Below the pieces are notes generated by a model, which worked only from the letters and a program-made list of their open reading frames with translations, was not told the DNA's origin and did no database searches. The position numbers and the translations under genes are program-made. This document shows, piece by piece, positions 10,553-21,570 of a stretch of 64,000 nt of DNA (position 1 is its first letter; each line of letters opens with the position of its first letter). This DNA comes from a virus, in the IMG/VR virus record IMGVR_UViG_3300042908_000680, positions 85,499 to 149,498 of that record. One strand, 5' to 3'.

Positions 10553-12357
10553 TGCTATCTATTGAATATTCTCCGGGTAGTGCTGCAGTTTTAAGACCCA
10601 CGCCATTTATTTCTATTACTCAAAATGCAATTAGAAATAAAACCGGTATGCTTGGTAGTTATTATGATATAACTCTTAATGGCACTATTTTGTCTGATGA
10701 AGGATCGCCTTTTTATACTAATGGTGCTTCCGTCACTCCTGATGGATTCAAATCTGATTATGCAAGACCAGCACATGAATCGGTAGGTATTGGTAACGCT
10801 ATGGCATCTATAGTCCATAAGCAAAATTTGATTAGAGAATTATTCAAAAAAGATGGTCAAAGATTTGAATTGTTACCAGTAAAGGTTGATGCTGATGTTT
10901 CAAACGATGGCACTGGCCCAGAAACACCAGTACTAATTTTTCATCCAACAGTTCAATCTATTAATTTTGAAGAAGGTTTGTACATAAATACTTGTAAGTA
11001 TACTATTAACTTAAGGGCAGAAGTACTCTTAGATAAAGCTAATAAAATTATTTCTGACGGATTAGTGAACTCTACTCATACCCCAACAGGAACTGATGGT
11101 CAACCATATAGAAATAATGGGGGAGATAGATTAGACTTAGCTTCAGCATTAGCTGCCAGCGGTTTCATTGATGACTATAGCGAAAGCTGGTCTATTGATA
11201 CTGAAGAAGGTAGGGGGACAACAGATTCAACTACTGCTTTACCAACATCTATTAGAACTTATAGACTAACAAGAAATATAAGTGCTACCGGAAGAACGAT
11301 GTATTACCCTAACGGTGGTGTTATTAAAAGAAAAGAAGCTTGGGAACAAGCTAAGAATTATATATATACAAGCGTTTTGAAAGATACTAATAATGTATCT
11401 ACTGATAACTCAACTGGATATGAACAATTCCCAGAGTATACTCTAGGACCATATTTTGGTAGTGGATATTTAAATATAGCAAAAGAAATTTGGGGTGGAT
11501 ATAATCATCTGCGCACGGAATCTATAGATGTTACAGCCGGGACATTCACCCTAACAGATACATGGCAATTATCTAGTGGATCTGCTTATGAGGACTATAA
11601 ACTTTCAGTTTCTAAAACATCTGAAGATCCTTGGACTAAAGTTTCGGTAGATGGAACAATTAAAGGTTTATCTAGCCAATCTGCTGGTGGAACTTTGTAT
11701 GGTGGATCTAATACAACCACTCCCATAGGTTTAGGTAATGGTAATATAAATACTCAGTATCAAAACGCTTTATATAAATTTAATCAATTAAGCAATAATG
11801 CTAATTATGGACCAACGTGCGCTTTTTACAAGCGTGCCAATTCTATAGTAAGTTCTAATTTGAGTCCAACCCCCATTTCAATATCTTTAAATAGTAATGA
11901 GTTCACTGGGGAAATAACTTATAATATTGAATATGACACAAGGCCAAAACCAAATGTAAGCGGTGTTTTATCTGAGTTTATAACTTGCAGTGATACATAT
12001 CCCGGTGATTCATTTGCAGTTATACCGGTTATTGGTAGGCAGACCGGACCCGTATTACAATACATAGGCGGAAGAACAGAATATCAACGTAGTTTAAGTA
12101 TAGAATTAACAATGGATCAATATTATGGATCGGGTGATGGCTCTTTGCAACAAAGGTATAGAAATTATGGTTCTTTATCTAAGCCAAGTTTAAATGAACC
12201 ATTCAGAAGCCAAATAAATGATGTGATAGGAGCTTATAGTCCTCTAAATGAAAATGGTATAAGAAAATATTTTATTAGCCCACCCACTGAAAGCTGGGAT
12301 GCAAGATCTGGAAGATATTCTCTTCAAATTAATTGGACATACGAGTTAAACAGATGA
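10552..12357 (+). CDS. Putative tail/baseplate structural protein
   Basis: 601 aa, coupled to the upstream gene (TAATG). It has repeated beta-strand units (YTINLRAE, YRLTRNISATG, GEITYNIEYD, GRYSLQINWTYE) and lies in the structural block. Confidence 0.55.
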   Translation: MLSIEYSPGSAAVLRPTPFISITQNAIRNKTGMLGSYYDITLNGTILSDEGSPFYTNGASVTPDGFKSDYARPAHESVGIGNAMASIVHKQNLIRELFKKDGQRFELLPVKVDADVSNDGTGPETPVLIFHPTVQSINFEEGLYINTCKYTINLRAEVLLDKANKIISDGLVNSTHTPTGTDGQPYRNNGGDRLDLASALAASGFIDDYSESWSIDTEEGRGTTDSTTALPTSIRTYRLTRNISATGRTMYYPNGGVIKRKEAWEQAKNYIYTSVLKDTNNVSTDNSTGYEQFPEYTLGPYFGSGYLNIAKEIWGGYNHLRTESIDVTAGTFTLTDTWQLSSGSAYEDYKLSVSKTSEDPWTKVSVDGTIKGLSSQSAGGTLYGGSNTTTPIGLGNGNINTQYQNALYKFNQLSNNANYGPTCAFYKRANSIVSSNLSPTPISISLNSNEFTGEITYNIEYDTRPKPNVSGVLSEFITCSDTYPGDSFAVIPVIGRQTGPVLQYIGGRTEYQRSLSIELTMDQYYGSGDGSLQQRYRNYGSLSKPSLNEPFRSQINDVIGAYSPLNENGIRKYFISPPTESWDARSGRYSLQINWTYELNR

Positions 12358-12788
12358 TGGCTACAAATTCAGAACTAAAAAATATTGAAGAAACTTTACC
12401 TGACAATGATCCTATGTTAAGTAGGGCAATAGTAAATTCCAATAATGCCACTACAACAACAACTACAGCAGGACCAGACGCTCCTAATCCAGTAAATGGT
12501 TCATTAAGTCCAAATTATTTAGTATTTGAAACGTATGGATTATCTAATGGAAAAGCTTCTTTATCAAACAGTATCACAGATTTTACTGCATATAATTCAT
12601 ATATACATCATCTTACGGTTGGTGGCGGTGGAGGTGCTGGAAATATTGCAAGAACTTTAGGTGCTGCTGGAATTAATAATGTTTCTGCTCCAGCTGGCGG
12701 TGGAACAAGAGTTAATGTCATGAGTAATATCGTTTTAGCATCTAACAGATTTGAAGTTTACAATAGAAGTTTTAGGAATTATTCATGA
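12354..12788 (+). CDS. Small putative virion protein with poly-Thr and Gly tracts
   Basis: ATGA overlaps with both neighbours; contains NNATTTTTTAGP and VGGGGGAG. Confidence 0.55.
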   Translation: MMATNSELKNIEETLPDNDPMLSRAIVNSNNATTTTTTAGPDAPNPVNGSLSPNYLVFETYGLSNGKASLSNSITDFTAYNSYIHHLTVGGGGGAGNIARTLGAAGINNVSAPAGGGTRVNVMSNIVLASNRFEVYNRSFRNYS

Positions 12789-15700
12789 CTACAACTACAC
12801 CTTCTCCATTATTGAGACAAATTACTCCTACGGTATATAATGGCATAAATGGAAATAGTGTTCTTCCAGCGTCTGGTTATTATGGTAATACTTGGCCTTC
12901 ATATGGTGAAACCGTTATACCTCAAGGTGTTGGCGGTGGCGGTTGGACAATAGACCCAACAACTCCAAATACATATGATAGAGGGTATCCACAGCAAACC
13001 TTTCTTGGTGCTTCTATTCGTAATTTTAGTATGAATGGTGGATTTGGTGATAGCAGTTCTACTTTATCTATAGATCTTGTTAATGATGAGTTTAATAATT
13101 CTGATAAAACTGCCCAAGGTCAGGGTGATGATGTTTATCATAGTGGTAATGGTGATAGATTTGTACCACCAATAGCTGGAACGCCGGTATATTTTAAATT
13201 TGGCCCTAATCTTGCTACGGTAGAACAAGCATATAGAAAAACTTTTGATAAAACTTATGGTTTCGATACTATAGGTACTAGAAGTGTTGATGGTGGTGGC
13301 AGTTTTGATAAAGATAATTTTACATCTTTAGGTCCAAATCAATATGTAGATCTAGAAAGTAAAAACATATATAATTTTACTTCATATATGAATAATACAC
13401 AATCTCGCGGAGCAGATCACATTGTTTTTGGTGGTATATTGCAATCATATATACAAAATCGTGGCCCCGGTGGAAATCCTTTATATTCTGTCCAAGTCAC
13501 TGACCCGAGAGAAATATTATCTAACGTTATATTAGTTCTAAATAATTATGTCGGTACTACATTCAACACGCAAAATGTATTTAATATTTATGGATTTTTA
13601 GAATATAATATGACACCCGCTCTTTCTGGTGTTTTAGAAGATCATTTTGGAAACTATAATATTCTTACTAAAAAAGTTAATCCAACCAATGGTTACATTT
13701 CTTATGGTGGATCTATAAATAATACAAGTCCAATGGATTGTTGGTTTAAAACAGGCGGTGGAATGTTTGGATCTACAGAGTCATCATTTCCTGTTACTGG
13801 AACCGGATTTTCAAGAAGAGGTCCGCAGGGAATACCATTTTATAGAATAAAGCAAGCATTAGGAACATTGATGTCTTTAGAATATACTCTTCCAACAGAG
13901 TATGAAAATATGGGTTTTGGCAAGGTTATTAATTTTAGAGGTTATAATTACGTTGTAGATTTCAGCGGATTGCCCAGCTTGCCACCCATGTATTTCCTAG
14001 ATTTTGATCAGATTAATTTGTTAGATTTAGCCTTAGAGATCTGTGATGTTACTAGTAGAGATTTATTTGTATCTTTACTACCTGTTATAAATCATCCTGC
14101 TTGTCAGTTTTTGTATGACAATCAAAACGCAGATCCTAAAAAACTAATTGCTGGCATTATAAGATTAGATAGCATAGATAGATCACATGCTCCAGTTTAT
14201 GGGGCTATAAAAACCTACATAGATAGTTTAGCATCTTCTGGAATATTAGTAGAAAATCAAGATGTTGGTTATGAGCTTTCTAATGTAACAACTGATAAGT
14301 TTGTTGTTGGCGCACAAGAAGTAGATATGTATTGTTTTTCAGCCAATGCTGATAGAGATTTTATAAATGCTAGAAATAGACGTAGTGGAGGCGAATCTGA
14401 CGAAGCAGATTGGCAGCAGTGGACATTAGAAAAACAATTAGAACAACAAGTATTGCCATACTATGGAACACTTGGGCAAAATGCTATCACTATTCCAAAA
14501 GGTTGGGGTGCTTATCAACAAATATTATTAGATACAACTGGCTTAAATGCAAATGGTGTTGGATCATATTACGTTGCTACAGAAATGGAATTAAGATGTG
14601 CATCAATTTCTTATGATTGTTGGAAAAATTTCTTACAACAATATAATGACACTTATTTAGAATCCATAGAGGGTGATGACGGTATTGAAGGATCAGCTTT
14701 AAATCAGACAGTATCTTTTGGTGGCGTTCCAGAACCAACAAATATATCTAATAAATATGCCGTTACGGTTCCAAGGTCAGTATTTGAAACATATTCTGAT
14801 ACACCGTTTGGAGCAGATAAATTACCTAAAAGTTCATGTAATCCACCATATGGATACCCGCTTTATTATAAGCGTATGACTAAACTAGGAATACCAGAGG
14901 GCGGTTTAACAAAACTGCAATCTAGGGTTACTAGCATGATTACCGGTGCTGCTACAATGCGTGATTCAAACGCTGATAACTATCAAGAAATTAGAAATAA
15001 TCAATTAAAAGAGTTAGAATATATTGCTGAAGAATATGGCACTTTGACACAAGCAGAAAAAAATTACTATGCTGCTATTAGTAAAGCTTTGATGTCGAGT
15101 AAGCCCGATATTGATTTATTAAACAGAGCAGAAGAAGCGTTGCATTCTATAGGTGCTACTCTTCCAAGATTAGCCAAAAAAGGAACAGAAAATGCCCTTA
15201 AGGTTTATGAATTTCTTAAAAAGGTGGCTGACGAAAATTTAGGCAAAAAGTTCTTGGTTAAAATACCAAATAAGGTTAACTTATTTCATGAAAACCAAAT
15301 CACTTGGAAGGGTGGCTCAACTGCCGGTGAATATGCAGTTGGACCATTTGGATTCAAGCCAAGACCATCAACATCTGGTATAGGTGATGAATTTTCTCCA
15401 GCATTTTTATCTCAATATCGAGGAGATAGAAATAGTAGTAAAAATATGATTAAGTATTTTCTTAACAGCGACATAGACGATAAACAGGCTAAATATAATG
15501 GAGCTTTAAAAACAAATTACAATCCTATTTCTGATAAGTATGAATTCAATTATACTCCAACAAATCTTGGTGGATATTTTCCATTTGATTTATATGCTAA
15601 TACTTTGACTATAGATCAAATATCAAGATTACCAGACAATGCTATACCCAAAGCTGTGAATCAAGCTTTAATACCACAAGATTTAACTAACTTTTTAGAT

Positions 15701-17473
15701 GAAAATGGTAGAATGTCCGCTTATGTTAGATTCGATAATAGTCAGCATTTAGCTTTGGGATCTATGAATTCTGAAGATTTTACACAGCAACTAATTACAC
15801 TACAGGGTATGGTTCCAGATTTATGCGAATTCTTAGACAATGTTGGTGAAGATAAATGGACAAGCTTTAATGAAGCAGACGCAGACAGGCCGGATAATAA
15901 TCCTCATGCCCCAAAACAGTGCGCGTTTGTTAAATGCAGTGTTGATGAAAAGTTTTACATGCCGCCAAAAATGATAACTAGCGGAATACAAACTTATGGA
16001 CAAGCTGAAGCAGGTGATTACAAAAAGAAAGTTTCAAGACCTAGAAAAATTTTTGTTCCATGCTCTGGCTTGAGTGGCACAGATTTAATACCCGGTACTG
16101 GTGTTTATATTGATAGTTTTAGGTATATAGAAAAAAATTATTATCCAAATACTAGCACTGGGCCAACTGCTAATAGGTTAATTTTTGGGAAAAAGTATGA
16201 ACCGGCACTTGGCAGTTATATAATTAAATCTGACATGGGAGATTTAGACACTAGTAATGTTTACGCTTTGATCACGCTGCCAAATAAAGTAATTCCAACA
16301 AAAGACGCTAGATATAGAGATTCTGTAAATCAAAAAGATAATACATATGACATTAAACATTATCTTACTGTTGACGTTGTTAAGGGTCTACCAGAATTTG
16401 AAGAACCGGCATTTGCAAAAGCTTCTGAAACAAATATTTTAGCTGGTGATTCTACTTGCTCTACTTATTCTGCCGAATCACGAAGTGTTGCTTGGTTAGC
16501 TGCTAAAAAAGCGAAATCATCTTTACAGTTTGGTTTTCCACAAAACATACAAATAACCGCACCTTCACCAGTATATCCAGATTTAGTAGTCATACCAATG
16601 ATATCTAACGAAAGATGTTATGGACCTTGGGTATCTTCTCAGGTTGACCCTCAAGGTTCAGCATACGTAAACATTGGCGGTAGAGTAGAGTTTATCAAAG
16701 ATGAAAACTTATCTCCTTGGAATTATGCCGGTTATGAATTAATGCACAGTGCCGGGATGCTCCAAGCTCAATTTTCAAATAGTTTGTTACTTTTCTCAGA
16801 GCGTGGAGGGTTTACTTATCCCGGTATGCCAACTGCCTCTTTATGTCAAGTTTTACTATCTGGCGGGCCGCTTATTACTAATGTTAGTGTAGATGTATCA
16901 GAGGGTGGTATAAAAACAACATACAAGATGGATCTATACACAGCTAGTTTTGGAAAGTTACAAAAACAAAAACAAGATATGATTTCTAAAATTAGTCGAG
17001 AGAAACAAAGATTAAGAGATGAAAGAAATTCTCTTATAAGGAAAGGGATAGGTAAGGGGCAAACAAGCTTGAATATAGTTGGATCTGTTAATTTATTTGG
17101 AAATAACGGAACAGTTCCCACTGCCCCAAGAGCTATGAATCATATAGTAGCATCTGTTGCAAGATATGAATCCCAATCTTATAGCTCTACTTTGGGTAAT
17201 GTCAACGGATTAGACAGTATTTATGCTGCCTCTATGCAAAATCAACAAGATATATTTGATACAGCAAATAAATTTGATAGTGATAATCAAAGACAAACAG
17301 CAGAATACAATGCGGGATCTGTTGCTTTTGACGAAATGTTTATCCCGTTTTCTAATGAGCCTTACCACCCCAATATGCCAAACGTTAAATATGTAGATTA
17401 TAGAGCTAATAATAGACTGTATGAAATTGGCGAAAATACTATTAATGACAACGATGTTACATCACCAACATAA
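12785..17473 (+). CDS. Large putative tail tip/hub protein
   Basis: 1562 aa. It has beta-rich termini (LGASIRNFSMNGGFGDSSSTLSIDL; ITNVSVDVSEGGIKTTYKMDLY followed by a basic coiled coil) and an internal helical segment. Structural gene context. Confidence 0.55.
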   Translation: MTTTTPSPLLRQITPTVYNGINGNSVLPASGYYGNTWPSYGETVIPQGVGGGGWTIDPTTPNTYDRGYPQQTFLGASIRNFSMNGGFGDSSSTLSIDLVNDEFNNSDKTAQGQGDDVYHSGNGDRFVPPIAGTPVYFKFGPNLATVEQAYRKTFDKTYGFDTIGTRSVDGGGSFDKDNFTSLGPNQYVDLESKNIYNFTSYMNNTQSRGADHIVFGGILQSYIQNRGPGGNPLYSVQVTDPREILSNVILVLNNYVGTTFNTQNVFNIYGFLEYNMTPALSGVLEDHFGNYNILTKKVNPTNGYISYGGSINNTSPMDCWFKTGGGMFGSTESSFPVTGTGFSRRGPQGIPFYRIKQALGTLMSLEYTLPTEYENMGFGKVINFRGYNYVVDFSGLPSLPPMYFLDFDQINLLDLALEICDVTSRDLFVSLLPVINHPACQFLYDNQNADPKKLIAGIIRLDSIDRSHAPVYGAIKTYIDSLASSGILVENQDVGYELSNVTTDKFVVGAQEVDMYCFSANADRDFINARNRRSGGESDEADWQQWTLEKQLEQQVLPYYGTLGQNAITIPKGWGAYQQILLDTTGLNANGVGSYYVATEMELRCASISYDCWKNFLQQYNDTYLESIEGDDGIEGSALNQTVSFGGVPEPTNISNKYAVTVPRSVFETYSDTPFGADKLPKSSCNPPYGYPLYYKRMTKLGIPEGGLTKLQSRVTSMITGAATMRDSNADNYQEIRNNQLKELEYIAEEYGTLTQAEKNYYAAISKALMSSKPDIDLLNRAEEALHSIGATLPRLAKKGTENALKVYEFLKKVADENLGKKFLVKIPNKVNLFHENQITWKGGSTAGEYAVGPFGFKPRPSTSGIGDEFSPAFLSQYRGDRNSSKNMIKYFLNSDIDDKQAKYNGALKTNYNPISDKYEFNYTPTNLGGYFPFDLYANTLTIDQISRLPDNAIPKAVNQALIPQDLTNFLDENGRMSAYVRFDNSQHLALGSMNSEDFTQQLITLQGMVPDLCEFLDNVGEDKWTSFNEADADRPDNNPHAPKQCAFVKCSVDEKFYMPPKMITSGIQTYGQAEAGDYKKKVSRPRKIFVPCSGLSGTDLIPGTGVYIDSFRYIEKNYYPNTSTGPTANRLIFGKKYEPALGSYIIKSDMGDLDTSNVYALITLPNKVIPTKDARYRDSVNQKDNTYDIKHYLTVDVVKGLPEFEEPAFAKASETNILAGDSTCSTYSAESRSVAWLAAKKAKSSLQFGFPQNIQITAPSPVYPDLVVIPMISNERCYGPWVSSQVDPQGSAYVNIGGRVEFIKDENLSPWNYAGYELMHSAGMLQAQFSNSLLLFSERGGFTYPGMPTASLCQVLLSGGPLITNVSVDVSEGGIKTTYKMDLYTASFGKLQKQKQDMISKISREKQRLRDERNSLIRKGIGKGQTSLNIVGSVNLFGNNGTVPTAPRAMNHIVASVARYESQSYSSTLGNVNGLDSIYAASMQNQQDIFDTANKFDSDNQRQTAEYNAGSVAFDEMFIPFSNEPYHPNMPNVKYVDYRANNRLYEIGENTINDNDVTSPT

Positions 17474-17486
17474 ATAGGAACAAATT

Positions 17487-20400
17487 ATGGGACAATTTGG
17501 AAGACCGGGAATGCCAGTTGCTGTAAGTTATCATTCTTACATAGCTGAAGAAAAAACCCTCCAGAATATAGGACTAGCTTCATATACTAGAAATTCTTTA
17601 GCAAGATTTGGAAAAGAAAAAAAGAATGGAGCTGAAAGTACAAACAAAGATATACTTGAATATTTCGGTGGATCAATACCAACCGATAAACTCCTTGGAG
17701 ATAATGCAACTTTATCCATATTGAAATTTGATAAAGACAATAAAAGATATACATTGAGAACCTCTACTGGAGATGGTGAAGATAGTTTATGGTACACACC
17801 TAGTGGAAATGTTAGTAACTTAAAAAAGTTTCAAGAGGACTTTGACTTATGGCAAAAGGGGTTTATAACAAGCGATTCTGAAAAATATAAACTAAGTTAC
17901 GTTTGGACCAACATACAAACTAGTTTTTCTGGTTGTATAACATTTACAGCTGATTATAATGTTTTGACATGTTCTAAAAGCGGTTTGATAAAAATATATT
18001 TTCAATCAGCCGGTAGAGCGACAGCAGATAGAGGCGTTGCACAACAGACATCAAATGTTTTAGCTGGGCCTCCAACTAGGGCAACTGGAGGAAAGTGGGC
18101 TTACGCCCCAACTCAAAGCACTGGACCGGGACAATATACCCCAGTATTACCCGGTGGTAGCAATAATCCTCAAAATACAGTAGCCGGAAAAATGAGAATG
18201 AGCTACGACCCGTCAACTGGCCAGTGGGAATCTGGAACTCAGCAAATGTTGTTTAGATTATTAACAGATTTAGATGGAGTTCCAATAGCGGATTTACCAG
18301 ACGATGTTGATGAAAGGGACATAGATGATTTTTACTCTGGTGGATTAGCATCTACTTTCACAACTGGTAGTGGAATGGCTGTTAGTGTAGAAAATGGAAA
18401 TCCTTATCTATTTGGACCAAATACCGTAGGATGTGCTTCATCTCCAAAAGAAAAAGTATTGATGGTAAATAGAACTCCTAGAAATTATGTCAAGGGAGAA
18501 ATCGTACTAGCAAGTCTTATTAATGGTGAGTGGATTCCTATGGGTTTTGGTATACCAACCACAGCATCCAAAAGACTAGAAGTAGAGTGGTCACAAATTC
18601 AAAAATACATTGTGAATGCAAACTCATTTTTTAGAGACATGGCAAACTCTAGATATATTACCCATCAAGATTATGAAAATTATTTAAGAACCAAGTTCTA
18701 TCATGGATTAAGTTCTGCTACTACTAAAAATGCCTCAGATAATGCTAAAATAAATATATTTGGTCTTGATAGCGGCATTATGGATCCACAAGGTAATATT
18801 AACTTAGCTAGTTATAATATAAATAACTACGAAAATATTAATATGAAAGACCTTGTTCCTAGTACTGGATATTTAACATCTTTTGATGCAGATCTAATAA
18901 GAACAACTTTGGGTGGTAACTCTGAAAGAGATTATCTATTTAGAACAAACATTAGCAAAACTCCCGCCGATGACTTAGATTCTAGTTTACCTTATTATGC
19001 CAATACCCCTTTTAATTGGGGGTTATTCTTTAGAGAGGGGTATACTCGTTCTAGTGTTGCAAAGTTCAAATCCAATGATGGTAAATCTATTACTAGCTAC
19101 GGAGCAGCATCAATTTATACTAGCGAAAAGATTAGCTTACAGGGTAAAGATTTACCAACACCAATGTTTGATATATCAGATAGTAATTTATATCATATGC
19201 CAGCTCAAATGGCATTAAGTTCTTCTGGAAATCCAACGATTGATTTTACTAGTATGTGGTCAGTTCATAGTCAAGTCGGTTCTAATTTTGTTTCTGCTCT
19301 ATATAATTATGTAAGTAATTACAAAGCGGGTGGTAGCTATTTAAGAAATCCAGATAATATTGATGTTTATGCTTTAAAACCAGCAAGTTCAACATCTGTA
19401 CAGTTTTCTCCACTACCACTAGAGTTAGCTTTGTCCGACTTACAACTCCCTAAAGATGGTATTAGTTATTTTCAAAATGGATATGCTTCTCTAAAAGCAG
19501 AATTAGAGACTATATTTCAAAGTGTTTTTGGAATTGCGGATTATACAAGTGATAAATTATTATCTAAATTCTGGACAAGGAATAAATTATCTGCCAGAAA
19601 AGATCTTGGTAGCAATGTATATAGCAGAATTGGCTTGTCTAGCGACAAACTACTGAATGTAACAAATGGAAAAATAGAAACTCCACCATTCAATGAACCA
19701 ATAGGTGGACCAAATTTAATTCCTCCAGCAAATGGTGCGAAAGAAAAGTCTAATATAGCTGGAATTGTTGGTGCTAAAGCCACCTTTAATCTAGCTAATG
19801 GTGGAATAATTTCACTAGATACCAGTTCTTATTTTGGATTAAAAGCTTATCAAATGACCGTTGGTGGTGGGGGCGACTTTGCAACTACTATCATTGGCGG
19901 GATAATAGCATTTGGCCAAGATTTAACTGGCAAGAGAACAGATCTATCTATTAAGCAGTGGGGTGCTAATCAAGATGGTGATCCAAAGTCATTAGGAACA
20001 ACGGCCTTATTTTGTAAAGTATATGATCATTGTCCCAATACAGTATTTGACGCTAGATATTTTTCACCAATACAATTGAATCCAAATAATGATACTGTTG
20101 ATTTTAAAGAACCTTCACTCGGCGTTGGATCAATAGTTAGTAAAACAACTAATATTACTATGGAAAATAACACTTGTAGAAGAGGAATGTTGTTAACGGG
20201 TGGAGATGGCTTTAGATATCTTAAAAAGACAATAGGTATAAATCCTGCCTCTTTTGAAGTTATAAAAGCTGGAGAAGATTATAGTGCTGGAAATACATTT
20301 ACTTTTGGTGGTGGTAAAAATCCAGCAGTAATAAAATTAACAAAAAACGGACCACTATCAACAAATATTGGTGACTATGAAATTATTTCTTATGGAGAAT

Positions 20401-20765
20401 ATACTGAATCCACGTTTAACGATGCTCTTATTGGAACTGCTAATAAGGGAGATGCGGAGAGCTTTGGAGTTGGCGGCAGCGTTAAAATTACAACAGGTAA
20501 AATATATCAAACAATCAAAGAAGATAAGCTGGAATATTATGGAATGCATATGTTAACACCCCCTAGCAACAAGGGTGCTGGAGATGACGGCGGATATGTT
20601 CATAGTGCTAAAAGTACTACAATCACCGTTAATAAAAACTCAACAGGAAAGTATGATATATTCTTCTTCTTTGTAAACGATATTCTTCATACTCTAACTG
20701 GGCCAGATTATGTGAGCAATTTATCGCTATCAAATTACGTAAATCTAGATATAAGTGCAAACTAA
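17487..20765 (+). CDS. Putative tail structural protein
   Basis: 1092 aa, G/S/T/N-rich, with an AGGA RBS upstream; structural gene context. Confidence 0.5.
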   Translation: MGQFGRPGMPVAVSYHSYIAEEKTLQNIGLASYTRNSLARFGKEKKNGAESTNKDILEYFGGSIPTDKLLGDNATLSILKFDKDNKRYTLRTSTGDGEDSLWYTPSGNVSNLKKFQEDFDLWQKGFITSDSEKYKLSYVWTNIQTSFSGCITFTADYNVLTCSKSGLIKIYFQSAGRATADRGVAQQTSNVLAGPPTRATGGKWAYAPTQSTGPGQYTPVLPGGSNNPQNTVAGKMRMSYDPSTGQWESGTQQMLFRLLTDLDGVPIADLPDDVDERDIDDFYSGGLASTFTTGSGMAVSVENGNPYLFGPNTVGCASSPKEKVLMVNRTPRNYVKGEIVLASLINGEWIPMGFGIPTTASKRLEVEWSQIQKYIVNANSFFRDMANSRYITHQDYENYLRTKFYHGLSSATTKNASDNAKINIFGLDSGIMDPQGNINLASYNINNYENINMKDLVPSTGYLTSFDADLIRTTLGGNSERDYLFRTNISKTPADDLDSSLPYYANTPFNWGLFFREGYTRSSVAKFKSNDGKSITSYGAASIYTSEKISLQGKDLPTPMFDISDSNLYHMPAQMALSSSGNPTIDFTSMWSVHSQVGSNFVSALYNYVSNYKAGGSYLRNPDNIDVYALKPASSTSVQFSPLPLELALSDLQLPKDGISYFQNGYASLKAELETIFQSVFGIADYTSDKLLSKFWTRNKLSARKDLGSNVYSRIGLSSDKLLNVTNGKIETPPFNEPIGGPNLIPPANGAKEKSNIAGIVGAKATFNLANGGIISLDTSSYFGLKAYQMTVGGGGDFATTIIGGIIAFGQDLTGKRTDLSIKQWGANQDGDPKSLGTTALFCKVYDHCPNTVFDARYFSPIQLNPNNDTVDFKEPSLGVGSIVSKTTNITMENNTCRRGMLLTGGDGFRYLKKTIGINPASFEVIKAGEDYSAGNTFTFGGGKNPAVIKLTKNGPLSTNIGDYEIISYGEYTESTFNDALIGTANKGDAESFGVGGSVKITTGKIYQTIKEDKLEYYGMHMLTPPSNKGAGDDGGYVHSAKSTTITVNKNSTGKYDIFFFFVNDILHTLTGPDYVSNLSLSNYVNLDISAN

Positions 20766-20770
20766 TAAAA

Positions 20771-20782
20771 GTGTATAATACA
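20771..20782 (+). promoter_or_regulatory. Candidate phage late-promoter motif GTGTATAATACA (copy 2)
   Basis: Intergenic, 30 bp upstream of the 20812 start and its GGGAG RBS; identical to 10373-10384. Confidence 0.4.
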
Positions 20783-20811
20783 GTATAACCCACAAATACA
20801 GGGAGATTTTT

Positions 20812-21540
20812 ATGGCTGAAATCAAATTCTATGCTAATGTTTTGGGTGATACAAATGCCACCCTAATAGAACACACTCTCGGATCGGGATTGGGTTTCTA
20901 TGGTTCTGCATTCGGAGTTTCTGTACCGGTAGGCTCACAGCAAAGATCAACATACGTTACAGACGCCAATGGGGCATCTCAAGGTGTTCAGCTTAATAAT
21001 ACCGCTATGGATACTAGTGGTACTATTCTTGCGAAAGGAACAGTAGCCATAAATGGTAGCACACCAATAGATTTAGATAAATTACCTAACTATTTATGTC
21101 CTCTAAATCTAAGATTTACTCACTCTACTCCAGTAAGAGTTCAGAACTGCAAGCTCCGCATATTTGATAGAAATGACATTTCTAAGCCAGCCAGTGGAGT
21201 TTCGACTTATGTTTATGAGGCTAGACACCCTTCTAATTCTCAGGTTGTAACTAGTTTAGGCTTTAGAGCAAGTAAAGATACTACAGCAAGTGCAGGATTT
21301 AAATGGACTGAATTTGATCCCACTCTAGCTCAACTAGATTTACCATTAACAAACTCTCCCGGTATGAGTGGTTTAAATACAGATACCACAGATACAGATA
21401 CGACACTTGGATATGCTTCAAGAAGTGGTATATCTTTAACTTCAACCAGACACGATTGGTATGTTGCTCTTAGTTCTGAACCTCAGAGCATTGGCAGCAA
21501 GACCAACTACGGGTTATATTTTACAGTAGAATATATATGA
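20812..21540 (+). CDS. Putative virion structural protein
   Basis: 242 aa with a GGGAG RBS; beta-rich and ending in YGLYFTVEYI. Last gene of the + strand block. Confidence 0.55.
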   Translation: MAEIKFYANVLGDTNATLIEHTLGSGLGFYGSAFGVSVPVGSQQRSTYVTDANGASQGVQLNNTAMDTSGTILAKGTVAINGSTPIDLDKLPNYLCPLNLRFTHSTPVRVQNCKLRIFDRNDISKPASGVSTYVYEARHPSNSQVVTSLGFRASKDTTASAGFKWTEFDPTLAQLDLPLTNSPGMSGLNTDTTDTDTTLGYASRSGISLTSTRHDWYVALSSEPQSIGSKTNYGLYFTVEYI

Positions 21541-21565
21541 AAAAAGGGGCGGTTTCCCGCCCCCC
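21540..21565 (-). terminator. Rho-independent terminator at the convergence of the two transcription units
   Basis: Minus strand reads GGGGCGG-GAAA-CCGCCCC-TTTTTT (stem 21546-21552/21557-21563, GNRA loop). Confidence 0.85.
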
Positions 21566-21570
21566 AATCA

